A stretch of DNA of 63,996 nucleotides, counting the filler, from Octopus bimaculoides (Eukaryota), in the NCBI RefSeq assembly GCF_001194135.2. It is 7 parts of 7 records of this genome, joined end to end, with 100 filler letters (N's around TTAATTAATTAA, not from the genome) between each part and the next. Parts side by side here need not be neighbours in the genome. Positions count along the whole stretch, not along the records: positions 62,955 to 63,996 come from NW_026379561.1; 6 more parts are not named here. One strand, 5' to 3'. Shown piece after piece: positions 63,728 to 63,996 of the stretch. Below the pieces are notes generated by a model. It saw only the letters and a list, made by a program, of their open reading frames with translations. It was not told the DNA's origin and did not search any database. How positions within the stretch are numbered: the first letter of the stretch is position 1; the number at the start of each line of letters is the position of its first letter. Both the position numbers and the translations under genes were made by a program.

Positions 63728-63996
63728 ACTCTTTACTCTTTTACTCTTTTACTCTTTTACTTGTTTCAGTCTTTTGACTGTGGCCATGCTGGAGCACCGC
63801 CTTTAGTCGAGCAAATCGACCCCAGGACTTATTCTTTAGAAGTCCTAGTACTTATTCTATCGGTCTCATTTGCCGAACCGCTAAGTTACGGGGACATAAA
63901 CACACCAGCATCGGTTGTCAAGCGATGTTGGGGGAACAAACACAGACACACAAACACATTCACACATACATATATATATACATATATATGACGGGC
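63728..63996 (-). mobile_element. SINE family A 3' two-thirds with (GTAAAAGA)n tail, cut by window end
   Basis: Close reverse-complement match to 55370-55605. Confidence 0.88.

Overview
AT-rich, microsatellite-dense eukaryotic scaffold segment. The repeat families look like those of Octopus or another coleoid cephalopod; this is recognition from memory, not a database result. About 20 N-gaps interrupt it, six of them artificial 100-bp joins (N44-TTAATTAATTAA-N44), so order and adjacency across those joins are unproven. Most interpretable sequence is decayed mobile DNA: a mariner nested inside a DD37D/maT element, a second maT copy cut off by a fold-back element, a Ty3/Gypsy relic with its primer-binding site, RTE, CR1-type and R4/Dong LINE fragments, several Penelope-like elements (PLEs), Helentron-type non-autonomous elements, TTAA-ended MITEs and many tRNA-derived SINEs. 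Host gene evidence is sparse: one clear trypsin-family (S1) protease exon (22310-22444), one Gly/Tyr-rich terminal coding exon (52173-52228) and a few weak candidate exons. No intact gene, rRNA, tRNA gene or CRISPR array is supported, and nearly all ORF-track entries are microsatellite or N-gap artefacts. I found no demonstrably new system. The best lead is a set of PLE-associated minimal hammerhead-like motifs with variant cores and co-varying stem II.
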